Source: Vitrella brassicaformis CCMP3155
Lineage: Eukaryota; Protista; Chromerida
Assembly (NCBI GenBank): GCA_001179505.1
Contig: CDMY01000047.1
Location: forward strand, 124,001-188,000
Direction of reading: 5' to 3'
DNA length: 64,000 bases
In this document: positions 49,501-61,845 of the stretch, in pieces
Layout of the letters: every line of letters starts with the position of its first letter
How positions within the stretch are numbered: position 1 is the stretch's first letter
Position numbers and translations under genes: made by a program
The notes under the pieces: generated by a model
What the model was told of the DNA's origin: nothing
Database searches by the model: none
The model's input: only the letters and a program-made list of their open reading frames with translations

Positions 49501-52500
49501 CCGCTTCCCGCGTCTCTGGTGTCTGTCACCCACTTTATCGGGCCTGACTCGGGCGATAACTTTCCTTCCCTTGGTGTCCTCATTCTGCTGCTCTTTGAGG
49601 CGTCTAACAGTCAGCTTGAGCATAGGGTCGCCGATGAAGCAGTTCCACAAGTGCACGCAGGACCGGCTGGGCAGAACATCGGAGTCTGCTTCGCCGGACA
49701 GGGCGGGGACTGTGGCAATGAGCTGCGGCAGGCCGACGCTAATCCACTGTCTCAGGTCCTCGAGGCTCCCGATGTCCTTGTATGACCGGTTGTCGGCGTA
49801 TTCGGCTTGCTCAAGGGCACTCGAGACAGAGGAAGACAGGATGAATGTGGTCTGCGACACACAGCAGCGTGTTAGTGTCAACGAACCATGAGGTAGGTGC
49901 TCCTACATGACTGTCGATGTTGAATGCGAGGAAGGTCATGTAGGAGATGCCAAACAGCAGGAACAGAAGCTTCTCACGCAACGAGTCGCTGGATTTCTGC
50001 AAACAAACAACAGACAGATGAACAAGTGCTCCCTGCTCCTTCATCCGGTCCTCGCCTGCCTGCCTGCCTGCCTGCCTGAATGCCTGACCTTCTTGTCCTT
50101 GTTCAGATACTCGTCGACCTTCTTCCGTGTCTCCGAGTCCAAATCGTCATCATCACGGCTCGCTGTGACTTTTCCTGCCTTGCAAGCCATCTCGTCTCCT
50201 TCACTGTCGGGGTCCACATCATCATCCTCGTTAGTGTTCTCCCGTGTGGCCGAAGCCTTCCTCGTGTGTGCGTCATGCGCTGCGATGAACTCCCTGTCCA
50301 GCCGCTTGCCGTCGTCGGGCGACGGAAGGCGGACGTTGAGGAAGTGCAGGAGGCTGCGGAGGACGAGGGTGCCGATGTCGACTTTCTCCAGCCTGGCGAT
50401 GGGTTTCTGCAGGTCATTTTCCTTCTTGTTGGCTGCCTCTTGGCTCATGTGAATGTCAGATTGTTTGTTGTAGGACATGTTGATGATGGCGTTGATCATG
50501 TTGATGTTGATGAAGAAGAAAAACAGCAAAAAGGCGACGAGGAACACGGGGCCCACGGGATGATCCTGACGTCCGTCGACAGACAGCATATACACACACA
50601 CACACCCACGCCACTGTGCCACTACTGTCGTGTACCTTGATGTGGTCATATGCCTTGATGTTGCCGAGCATCATGGCTATGTTGGTGACGATGGCGTTGC
50701 CCATCGAGAAATAATTGATGTTGGTCTCGCCAAAGGCCATCGTCTGCAATGATCCAGCCCGCCACATCAACACCTGCACGCCGTCCCTGTTTGTCTGTGC
50801 AGCCATACCTACCGAGATGTTGACAAACCCAGCGAATACGACAGAGACGAGCATCACAAAGAAGAGGATCGGAGAGACGGCGTTGTAAATGGCGTCCTGC
50901 ACGACCTTGATGCTGCCATTAACATCGCCCAGATACTTAAGGAACCGCAGCAGGATCATCAGAAGCGCAGCAGCAGACGCCCGCACATAGACTCGGTATA
51001 TCTGTGCCATCCTGTGGGCCTCCCACCCGAAAACGGCCGAGGGGTCGATGTTGGGCTGCACCACATACCACAGGGCCAGGGAGAGCAGCGACACGAAGCA
51101 GTTGACGAACGATATTATGCAGCCGGGGCGGGTCAAGTAGGCGCAACATCCCATGCGGAAGAGGTACCAGCACTCCCAACCGAGGTAATACACCGTCAGC
51201 AGCAGATACAACACCTCCATCGCCTGGAGAAAGTCGTTCCTCCTGCATGTATGAGACGAAGGCGACACACATGGGTTTGGCCTGATGCATGCCCGTGTGT
51301 GTCTTTGTGTTTGTGGTTGGTTATGTGCCTGTGCAATGCATACGTGCATACGTGTTGACTTTGAGGGTCCATGTGTCGATCTTGCCGGCCACCCCGCCAG
51401 ACGGCCGCCAGGTGAAGGACACTTCCACTACGGCAAGAGTGTTCATGTTGCCATTGTACACCAAAAAATCCGTCAGTAGGATCACATGCGGTGCCGGAGC
51501 ATCTTCATAGGATGGATTAAAGAAGCCGCTGTCCATGAGAAGGCCCTCCATGACCTCTCGGCACGTGCTGAAACTTGCGGTGAGGCACTCCGAATCGTCG
51601 AGCGGCACGTGCACAGCATAGCCGCCCACACGAGTGTATCCATCAGTCGCACCGTATCGCCACTCGCTCTGCTGGCCGCTGTTGGGTGACGCTGCCTTGT
51701 CCCTGCTCCTGAACGCATTGGGCAGGTCGATTGACGCATTGCGGGGAAAGGGGTCGGTCAATTCATAGGCAGGGTTCTTCCTCAGGGGCAAAGCGGGCTG
51801 CTGCCACGCCAGCGGATACCTGCACACACCACATACATGTACACACATATCAAGGCATACGCGCTGGTGAAACCTGTGTGTGTGTCTGTGGTGTGTCTTG
51901 CAGTGTGTGTACCGGCTTCTGAATCTGTCGGTGGGGTTTTCCCCGTGCAGCTTCATCCGCCGCTGTGTGATGCGCATACTGCCACCGATGACCTTGTTGA
52001 AGGTCTGCAGCCCGAGACTCCCCTCCCTCTGCTGGGCCTGCGGCAAGAGCACCCTGGTCATCCACAGGCGGATGTCATCGAGCGTCCTGATGTCCCCAAA
52101 GTACAGGGTGCGGCCGCCGTCGGTTGCGGCTTGGGTGAAGGGCACCGTGACAAGCGGCCTCTCGATGCTCTGGTTCATGCTGCGGCAATTTAAAGACGAA
52201 GAGGTGAGTTTGACAGTCCAATTCAGTGTGTGGACTGTGGTCGAGAGCACCCACCTGTAGACTCTGTGCATGTCGTTACGCCCAAAGATGACAATCACCG
52301 CCACCGTCATGAAAAGCATGAACCCCACAGTGTCTCGAATGCTGCAGTGCACATGCCAGTGGCCGGCGATTGGCAACAGCAGGTGAGACGATAACAGAGA
52401 GAGGCGCCCCTATCGTCCCTTACTTACCTGTACTCGTGCGAGTAGGGAGGCGGCGCGCGCTGCTTGCCCAGGTATTCCCCCATCAGCCGTTGTCTATTCC

Positions 52501-52531
52501 GACGCTTCTCATCAGCTTCAAGTTGCTCCAT
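46537..52531 (-). CDS. PKD2: Polycystin-2/TRPP-like cation channel with two tandem channel modules
   Basis: Module 1: FLVYNGNMNTLAVVEVSF, LLRFLKYL, MAFGETNINYFSMGNAI, GPVFLVAFLLFFFFININMINAII. Module 2: FVLYNGNADTFLY, LRLLKFF, FAHISFGHQLEAFSTF, MAPIFFFSYCLLFYYVALNIFLAIIDRHF. Coiled-coil tail. Start codon uncertain. Confidence 0.85.
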
Positions 52532-52748
52532 GATCAACGAAGCCGAACCGCGCGTCTCGCTGTGGCCCCCAGCGCAATCCTGTAAATTTTCGGGCTCCTC
52601 TGGCAGCTTTTGCGCGAACCACGGCACCCTGTGGGACGTCTATAGCCCTCCCTCGACAGTCACCGGCCTATGAAGCGTCTGTCGGGGGGAAACTACGGTG
52701 AAACAGCTCAGTCGCCCTTGCCAAGAATGCGGCGTCACAGGTGCATCG

Positions 52749-55700
52749 ATGGAGACCGCCAACCGAGGAGCTGAGCCATCGCCCCGTAGCATCGGCATGT
52801 GTGAGTCAGACAGGCTCGTCCCGCCCTCCTGGCTCGGCCATCGGAAGGCTAAGCACACCCGCTCCCAGGTGCTGCCCGAGTGGCTGCGAGCGATCAAAGC
52901 CAAGCTCGAGGATGCATCGCTGGCGACCTCTGGAGGGAAGCGGCAGGTCGTGTGCGAGCCGCTGGGGGGCAGTGGCGCCCCGCTGCCCCTCTGCACCTGG
53001 CGGTGCTTGGCTGACAGAGTCACAGATGTGGTCGACAAGGGCACTGTGGACGGCCGAGTGAGGCCTGTGCAGCTGCCGCAGGAGCCAGACGATGGGCTGA
53101 GGTCTGGTGGTGATGGTGCGGGTGGTGTCAGGTGGGGTCTTATCTATGTAGGCGAGAAGCCGCTTTACTGTGATGCACACCAGGTGCGCAGCGAGCACAG
53201 GGAGAAGGAAGGGATGGGAAATGATTGACGTGTATCACGTGAACACGTGTGTGTGTGTGTGTGTGTGTGTGTGGTGAATGCTGTGCGGATGTGTCAATCA
53301 GGACGTGACAGTGCTGGGGGAGTTTGTGGGAAAGCTGGTGTCATCCGCGTCAGTGCCAACATCCGAGCGCCACTTGTGCCAAGACCTCCGCTTCCTGCAC
53401 AAACCAAATATGCCATCGTCAGACGGTATGTATGCGGACACATCAGCACAGCACGCCATTCAGGCATTCACATGAATGCGTTTGTTGTCATGCAAGCAAT
53501 GTCAGATGGGTGTGAGGTGCCGGGGGATGGTGAGGTGGTGGTGTCTGCGACGAGGCACTGCAACGAGATGGCCCTGGTTATCCCTGCACGCCGAGAGGTC
53601 CGGGGGAAGGTCACTCGTTGGACGCCAAACACACAGTGGCACACGGTAGGTAAATCAACGGGTGGGCACTTCAGCCCCATCTGTCTGTCCGTCTGTCCTT
53701 TCACCCACATCTGTGTGTGTGGTGTGTGTTCCCTCCATCAGGTGTACGTCAACGGCTGGCCACACATAGTGTTGACGACCATACCTGGAGTCGGCATCAA
53801 GACAGGGGTATGTATGTCAGCACCCTCATGCCACGCGGGATGCATCTCGTTGGCACGTTCTCTCTTGTCTGCCTCAAACAACATGTGATCAGGACATCTT
53901 AGTAGCGGATTTCGGCGATGCGTGGCTGCAGAGGTCCAGCCGGGCGGCCAGCGAGATACTCGTCCCTCGACTCGTCCAGAGCCGTGTCGCCACCCGGAGC
54001 GGCGATGGGCCTGGCCAACCGGCAGCATCCGCCTCTGCCTCCGCAGACGCCCCGTGTGTTCCCGCATCGCTGTGTGGAGTTAACTCAGCCCACCCCCCAT
54101 CAGCCAACGGCGCTCCAACAGGGGTCCCAAACATCAAAGCGCACAGGATGCTCCGGGTACGCCAATGCACACACAGAGAGCATCGCGCAGCCCATCCCCC
54201 TCCCTCCGTCCCTGTGAATGGTGTGTGTGCCAGGCCGCCACGGCTGATCGTAGTGCCCGCACCGGCGACCGTCTGCTGGACGGTGATGAAGCTGACCTGA
54301 CGGGGACAGCCTTCGAGGGCAGTGTGGGGGGGTTGGTGGCGCAGGGCGGGTCGATCGTTGAGCCAGTCGAGGTGGCCGCCAAGACCATACTCAGATCACG
54401 TAAGCTAAGCACTTTCTGTGAACAAGCGACGGACGATTTGCTCCATGCTTGTGTGCGTGTGCGCTTTGTGGTTGGCTGGTGGGTTGGCTGCAGTGTGCGG
54501 CTCCTCTGAGGTGTACAGGGACGTGCTGCCCGTGTTTGAGGAGCACGTCAGATGCATGCGCAAAGAACCGAACCGACGGCGACAGACAAACCACAACACA
54601 GCGGGTCAGTCTGGCAGCGTCACCACACCCCATTCCATGCATCCCACAACACAACAAAAGATCCCTAGCATCTCTCTCTGCGGCCGTGCCGTGGTGTGCA
54701 GGGCTGGTCCCAGGCGGCTATGTCCCGCTGGCCGGCGTGCAGCCAGGCAACACAAGACTCGGAAAGGTACGCAGATCACACACAGTGCATGCATGCAGAC
54801 CGACCGGCCAGCAGCTGTGCGTGTGAATGTCTATCGCTCCCCTCTCTCCCTCCCTTGCAGGGCTTGATAACGCGTTACGAGGGCGGGCACTTCACCGTCG
54901 AGTACCCTGACAACACCCGGCGTCGCCTCTCTGTGGAGGAGATGGCCACGGAGATCATGCAGCTCATCGACGAACAGCCCAAGAGTAAGCCACAGAACCA
55001 CCAGCACACCCACGGAGCCTGTCACATGGCATGGGTGAATCGTGCGTGTGTGTCTACTCTCCAGGGGCGGCCGCCTCCCTCATCCCAGACGCCGAAATCG
55101 ACTTCCCCGACCAGGGGCGATCGGACTCACCCTCCCGCGCAGGCCGTTCCCCAAGGTCCCTCAAGGCCAAAGCACACGCCCTCATCGCACAGGCCGCCCT
55201 CGCCGATAGCCAGGGCGTCGATATCACCTGGAACGACGCCCAGACGCAGTTCGAGGTGACTGTCCGTGGCCACCCTGCGCACCAACACCAGTGCTTCCCC
55301 GTGACGTCCTCCACGCCCGTCGATGCCGCGTGGAAGAGCGTGCTGCTCTACTGCAGTCGCCACCTCCAGCAACGGCACAACGGCGCGGCACAGGGAAGGG
55401 GAGAGGCGAGGGCCTCAGCGGGTGCTGACAAGGACCGGCCGGCATCGCGGTCGCAGGTCGGCATCCAGCTCCCCACTGTGTATGGCGTCACTTGGCGAGA
55501 CATGGGCTTCGACGCGCGCATCGGCGACGCCAGCCAGCGCTTCAGGGCCCCCACCGCCAGCGACAGCGATCGGCTGACGGCCTACATCTCTGCCGTCACA
55601 TTCGTCAAGAACTACGCCAGCCAGCCGGTCAAGGCCATGGATGAGGGCCAGCGCACACGCATCCTGGCGACCTACTCGAGTGCGCTGGAGACGGCCCTGC

Positions 55701-56991
55701 GGCAGCTGACCGATCTGGCCAGCGAGCAGCTGCCCCAGCACCTCTCGCCCATCAACCCTTTGGCACTGCCCCTGTGCGACAACGAGACGGTGCAGCGCAA
55801 GATGCACCAGCTGGCCGAGAAGGACCGGCTCAGCAAGAGCCAGCGGTCGAGGACGGACGAGTCGCTCATTCAGGAGGCTGCGCAGATGGCGCCCGAGCCG
55901 GGCTGCAAATTCGTGTGGCTGTCCCGCGGGTGGATTGCCAACGTTGGCAACGAGCACCACGCCTTCTTCTCGATGGAGGAGTATGGAGGTCTAGCGGCAT
56001 CTCAGCAGGCCGCCGCCAAGTGGAGGCGCCACGTCATCAACCAGCAGCAGCGGCAGGAGGACGGCAACGACTCGGGCAGTGAGGAGGAGGAGGAGGAGGA
56101 GGAGGACTCTCAGGCCCCCGACCACCAGCCCGTGAAGCGGTCGTCCCGCCGCCCCCGTCGCCAGGTCTCGGCCAACATCAAGGACTATTCGTCCATCGCC
56201 GACGCCAATCGCGGTGACAGACCAGCCAGGGGGGCCGACAAAGACGACCCACAGGTCCTCCAGCAGCAGGCGGCGAGCCTTCCGCCGGTGCCGGGGGTGT
56301 GGTGGAGCCACAACCGCGGGCCGGGGTTCGCCACCAACCGCGACGGGGAGTTGTTTGCGGTCAAGAGGTATGGCAGTGTTGTGGAGGCGTACCGTGCGGC
56401 GGTCGCATGCGTCAAGAGGATCGACGTGGCAGAGGTCCAGATACCCGGCCAGGAGGACAAACAAGGTCGGCGGGNNNNNNNNNNNNNNNNNNNNNNNNNN
56501 NNNNNNNNNNNNNNNNNNNNNNNNNNNNNNNNNNNNNNNNNNNNNNNNNNNNNNNNNNNNNNNNNNNNNNNNNNNNNNNNNNNNNNNNNNNNNNNNNNNN
56601 NNNNNNNNNNNNNNNNNNNNNNNNNNNNNNNNNNNNNNNNNNNNNNNNNNNNNNNNNNNNNNNNNNNNNNNNNNNNNNNNNNNNNNNNNNNNNNNNNNNN
56701 NNNNNNNNNNNNNNNNNNNNNNNNNNNNNNNNNNNNNNNNNNNNNNNNNNNNNNNNNNNNNNNNNNNNNNNNNNGGGGAAGGGGGAGAGAGAGAGGAGGA
56801 ATGGATAGCTGATCGTTTGTTGTGTGTTGTGTGTTGCCCGTCTCTTCTCAGCGGCCAAGGATGAGGGGGAGAGGGAGGATTCTGTGCCGCAAAGCGCCTC
56901 AGGACGCAATGAGCGCACCACCACAAAACGTAAGCCGCCAAACGCGACAAGGCAGCCAGCTGCAAAGGAAAGAGCCTCACTGTTGTGCTCT

Positions 56992-57022
<31 letters not shown>

Positions 57023-59021
57023 GGTCTCCGTCCGCCCGCCTACGTCCCTCCGCGCAACAAGGAGGGCAGGTTCTGCAGCCGCAGCATCGAAGACCAAGAC
57101 AAGGGCGACAAACACGAGAGGGACAAGGAGACCAAGGACAACAACAAGACACCGAAACAACAGCCGCACCGAGACCCCTTGCCGCCGTGTCGCGGCCCCG
57201 GCCTCTGGCACGACAGCAGGGGCATCTTTGCGCGCCTGGGGGGTCGCGTGGAGTTCTTCGCATTCAGCAGCCACGAGGGGTCGGCTGACGACCGGCGGCG
57301 GGCTGCCTTTGGGGCAGCGAGTGAGGCGATGAAGCGTGCGATCGAGGTAGAGACGGAGGAGAGAGAGGAGGCGGCGGCCAGACGGGCTGCCGAGGTACAG
57401 GAGGAAAACAGGCGGCAGATGGCGCAGCGGCAAGAGCAGGCCAAGAAGAAAAACACGACCAGGGCCAAAGAAACACGTGAGTGTCCAGTCCCCACGCAGG
57501 GAGGGATCCACTCCACCGGCTGTCATGTCATCCGCCCGCCCATATGTCCCCGTGTGTGTGTCCATCCAACACAAACAGGTGCATTGCAGGAGGATCTGCG
57601 CAAGTGCCTGAAGGGTCCGAGGGACAAGATGCCGCTGGACGAGAACGAGTTCGGCCGGGGCCGCCGCGTCCGGCGAGGCGCAGAAGACTCCCAGTTCGTC
57701 TACGACCACTCGGCCGCCCTCTGCTCCAACGGCACACACAGCCCCACGCCAGACAGCGGCGATGACGAGTACAACGACCGCAGTGTGGTGCAGGTGGTGG
57801 TCCCTCCAGCTCGCGGCAAAAAGAGGAAGCCGCCGCCCCTTAATGACCTGGACATGCTCAACAAGAACACCGTGCAGATCATGGACCAGTCGGAGGAGGC
57901 ACATGGTGGGGCCGGGAGCGCCGAAGGGGGGAGGGGGGTGGGGTGATGGGACGCACCCGCACGTGTGTGCATTTGATTTGATTTGATTTGATTGTGTGTG
58001 TGTGTGCGTGTGCAGAGGAGTATATGATGACCCTCTTCCTGACGGCCGTCAGCAGCATCGAAGGGCCCAGCTTTGTGGTGAGTCAGTGACACCCACAGCA
58101 ACTACGCACACACACAGCTCACACCAGCGCTACCTGTGTGTGTGTCCCTCCCCCCGTCTGCAGTCTGACGTTCACCGTCGTCGCAAGGCCCGCCGGATGT
58201 CCATCGAGCAGCACTCCGCACACAGCCAGCCCCACACATTCCGCGGGCCCGCACACAGCCACCACCACCAGCCACCCAAGCGCCAGAGACGCACCCCCCT
58301 CGCCGCCAAGCCCCCTCCACCTCCACCAAATCGCAGGAGGCGCCGTCGTCGCCGTGACTCTGAGGAGGACTACGACGTCGAGGAGGAGGAGGAGGAGGAC
58401 GAAGAAGCGGAAATGGACGATGACGACGAGACGGAATCGCCGGAGATGGAGCTGGACGACCGCATCGACGAGCTCGCACACTGGCACCTGCTGCAGGAGG
58501 CATATCGGAGGGGCTTAAAGCATGGCGGGGCGCGGCCGCCCTTCGTGCCACCTCCCCTGCTCTTCCGAGGGCCGGTGCGGCTACCCTCCCACCCACCCTC
58601 GGGCATCCGCCCGCTCATCCCGCAATGGCGCGATCTCTACCCAAGACAGCAGGACGCCACCAACCCCGCCGCCCTACTGCCCGTCAAGGCGTTCCACAGC
58701 GGCAGCTCGCCGTGGGGACTGTCCACCTTCACCGTCGTCAAGCGGCAGGGCGGCACAGATGAGGCGGAGGGGTCCGCCGATCACACCCCATCGCAGCGGT
58801 TGTTCCCCTCCTCAGGCCCATCAGGTCTGTTCAGGCCGCCCATGCCGCCCGGCAATGGAGGCGGTGGGTCATCGCACTTTGTGGAATTGCGTCCGATGGC
58901 GGGTATGGGGTTGCGTCAGATGGCGGCGTGGCCGTCCTTCAGGGGCATCGGCATGAGAGGGAGGGAGGAGCGTCTGGAGAGCCTTCCCAAGCTGGCCGCC
59001 CCAAACCAGTGGGACAGGTAG
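52749..59021 (+). CDS. Multidomain nuclear protein: degenerate SET domain, Tudor-like barrel and about 5 AP2 (ApiAP2-like) repeats; spans a gap
   Basis: SET-like: RWGLIY...VLGEFVGKLV...HCNEMALV...PNTQWHTVYVNGWPHIVLTT...IKTGDILVADFGDAW. Tudor-like: GLITRYEGGHFTVEYPDNTRRRL. AP2-like: LPTVYGVTW, APEPGCKFVWLSRGWIA...FFSMEEYGGLAASQQAAAKWR, LPPVPGVWW...FAVKRYGSVVEAYRAAV and LPPCRGPGLW...FAFSSH...AFGAA. Confidence 0.75.
56475..56774. other. Assembly gap (300 N)
   Basis: N run between G-rich flanks inside the SET/AP2 gene. Confidence 0.99.
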
Positions 59022-61136
59022 CGTAGCGGGCCTTTGCTGTGTGTGTTATGTGCGTGCGTGTGCGTGGCGTAGATTTGCCGGCCAGGCCAGTGCTGGGACG
59101 CTCTTGCTTGCGTCCATCCCATCCATCGACCCGACCATTGATTGGGATATCTTGCTGACAGACTTACTGGTGCCTGCAATGCCTGGCCATGTGTTCCTTG
59201 CTACTCACTCACCTCACTCATGCTCGAGTTCGTGTCGTGTTGTGGGAGGATGGAAACACTCATTGATTGGATTGGATTGGATGGCAGGCAACCCGAGTCG
59301 AGCTCCCGAGCAGAGCAGAGTTCGGTTTGTGATGTGCTGACTGACTGACTGACTGACCGGCACGTACCTATAGCATAGCTAGCTGTAGCTGTAGCGATAT
59401 GATACGATGGATAGTGAGGTTGCGATGGGATGCCATGCGATGACACACGCATCCATCGGCTGCGCAACGGCAAGTGGGCTGGGCGGCACAGCTCACCTCA
59501 CCCTGTGTGTGAATACGTGGAAGGAAGGTGTGCGTGTGTAGTGCTTGTGTGGGTGAGGGGGTGGGGGGTGTGGGGGTGGGGATTAGACACATGACTGACG
59601 CCAACCTGACTGATGAGGGAGGGAGGGAGGGAGGGGGTGTACAGACAAGATGGACACACAGAAAGAAAGAAAGAAAGAAGGAAAGACAGACAGACAGCTG
59701 CCTGGTCGAGAGACCGACCGGCCGGCCGGACCCACTGGCTCGCTTGTGTGTAGAAGACAGCAGCAGCAGCTGCTGCTGCTGCGTAGAAGGCGATGAACAT
59801 GCATGATGTGATGAACACACCAACAAACCGCCAAAACAGTCGGGACCGATCATCCTTTGTATTCACAACCGCAGGCAGCGGCCACAGCTCATACACACAC
59901 AACAACACAATCAATGCTCACAAAGGGCAGCCCTCGCGGCCGACTCTCGTGTCTCGTCTGTCTCCCACTTCTGGCCCGATGGCTCCCGCATCGATGACCC
60001 GCGTTGTCCTGCTGACGGGGCGGGCAGCCTCAAAGAGCCTTGACAAATCGTTGCCACAATCCAGAGCCAGAGAACACAATGTCTGAGTCTAATGGCTGGG
60101 CCGAGCATGTGTATGAGAAGAAGCGTATGTACTGCAAGTACTGCAAACACGACCAGGTGACGACTCAATATTGGTGTATGGGACCTCGGGTCCGGCCGCT
60201 GCCATTGATTTATTGAGTGCTCTCACGCCCATGAATGCCGTGTGTCTCGCCCGCCCCCTCATGAATGCAATGCACCCAATGCACCCACACAGGTCTGCCT
60301 GTCTGTCTGTCCGTCTGTCTGTGTGCCTGCCGACCGGTGAGCACCTCACACGCTTTTGTGGAGCGCACTTGACCGCTCGGCAGGCAGGCAGTCACACCCA
60401 ACGCAACGCAACGCAACGCAACGCAACGCACACATGAGTACGTGTCCACGGATGAAGGTCTACGTCGGTGTCTCTCGCAGCCAAATCAAATCGCTCAGCT
60501 CTGTCAGTGTAGATGACGTGTTCGCTGAGCGGTTCGTGAGGCCGAGAGAGAGAGAGAGAGAGAGACATGCAGCCCATGAACGAAGGAACAAGAACTCACG
60601 GCGATGTTCCTCAAATCACTCAGTCAAATCACTGGTGCACACACACACACAGAGGGCCGCGAAAGTAAGCGGCGCCTGTACGTCTTGTTGAAGTGCAGTG
60701 TGTGCGGGCGCCGCGCACCCCACACTCTCGACACGAAGGAAACAGCACATGGACAAATACACATGGGAAATCAATAATCGATACACGCTCGTCCTCGCTG
60801 CCTGCCAGTGCTGTCTGTCTGTCTGTGTGTCCTCGTGTGTCTGTCTGTCGGCGACCATGGGAGCAGCCAGCTTCACCGTTCACACAGGCGCCAGCCAACG
60901 AATTTTGTGTATGTATGTAGTGACATAGACAAATGAATCAATCGGCAGGTACAGTGAGAATGTACGTATGCAGTGAGTGAGACAAATGAATCAACACAAC
61001 GAACGAGAACTGACTGACACATCAACGAATGAATCGTCTGTCTGTGTGTATGTATGTGGGTACAGTGTGTGTGGCGGTTCGTTCGTGTGCATCCCCAATC
61101 CCAATCCCTCCCTCCCTCGATGGATGGACCGATTGA

Positions 61137-61845
61137 TCAGCACCAGCCACATGAACAGCAGCAGCCACAGCAGCCCCAGCACTGGTACTGCCACCGGCAG
61201 CCACAGCAGCCACACACCTGCTGCCACCCGCACCTGCATCTCGTAGACGCCTGCTCGTCGGCCGCGCCATCTGATAAGCCACACACACACACACAGACAG
61301 ACAGACAGACAGTATGGATGCTTGTGGGTCAGTCAGGTGAGGCAGGCCCTTCATCCGTACCGTCCGTAGCGGTCAGGTTGGCGGGTGTCTTCCAGAGAGT
61401 GTGCACGATGCCTTTGCTGACGTGGTAGTTGCGCTTCTCCATGCCCTCGATGTCGTCGCCCTTGACGACGCTGGCGAGGACCTCACTGGCCTCCTCGGTC
61501 GCCGGGTCCTGCGTCCACTTCACCTCGCCGAACTCCAACTCGAGCAGCGTCTTGAGGAGACGCTCGCCCTCCTCTCGGGTCATGTTGGCCGGGACTTCCA
61601 CTGTGCCGGCTGCAGTCACTGAACCGCCTGCAAAGGAGACAGGCCAAGCTTGTGCAAAACAGTGAGTGTATCAACCAACAGTCGTGTGTCCGCAAGCAAC
61701 TCAATGGCCATCGCGGGTGTGTGAGTGTGTGATGTGATGTATACGCACCGGCAGGCGACACGGGCGACAGCTGGCGCTTGAGGAGCTGGCAGTTGGCGAC
61801 GCCAACCAAGGCGACAAGAAGAAGCAGGCCCAGGACACGGGACAT
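61137..61845 (-). CDS. Secreted prepro-protein (about 165 aa) with a C-terminal 14-cysteine peptide
   Basis: Exons 61845-61749, 61627-61361 and 61270-61137, both introns GT-AG and phase 1. Signal peptide MSRVLGLLLLVALVGVANC, acidic pro-region, then R|CRCGWQQVCGCCGCRWQYQCWGCCGCCCSCGWC*. Confidence 0.75.

Noticed and set aside
59911-60168. 85-aa minus-strand ORF with a hydrophobic N-terminus
   Set aside because: It overlaps the BED-like mini-ORF on the other strand and has no recognisable features or codon pattern favouring it.
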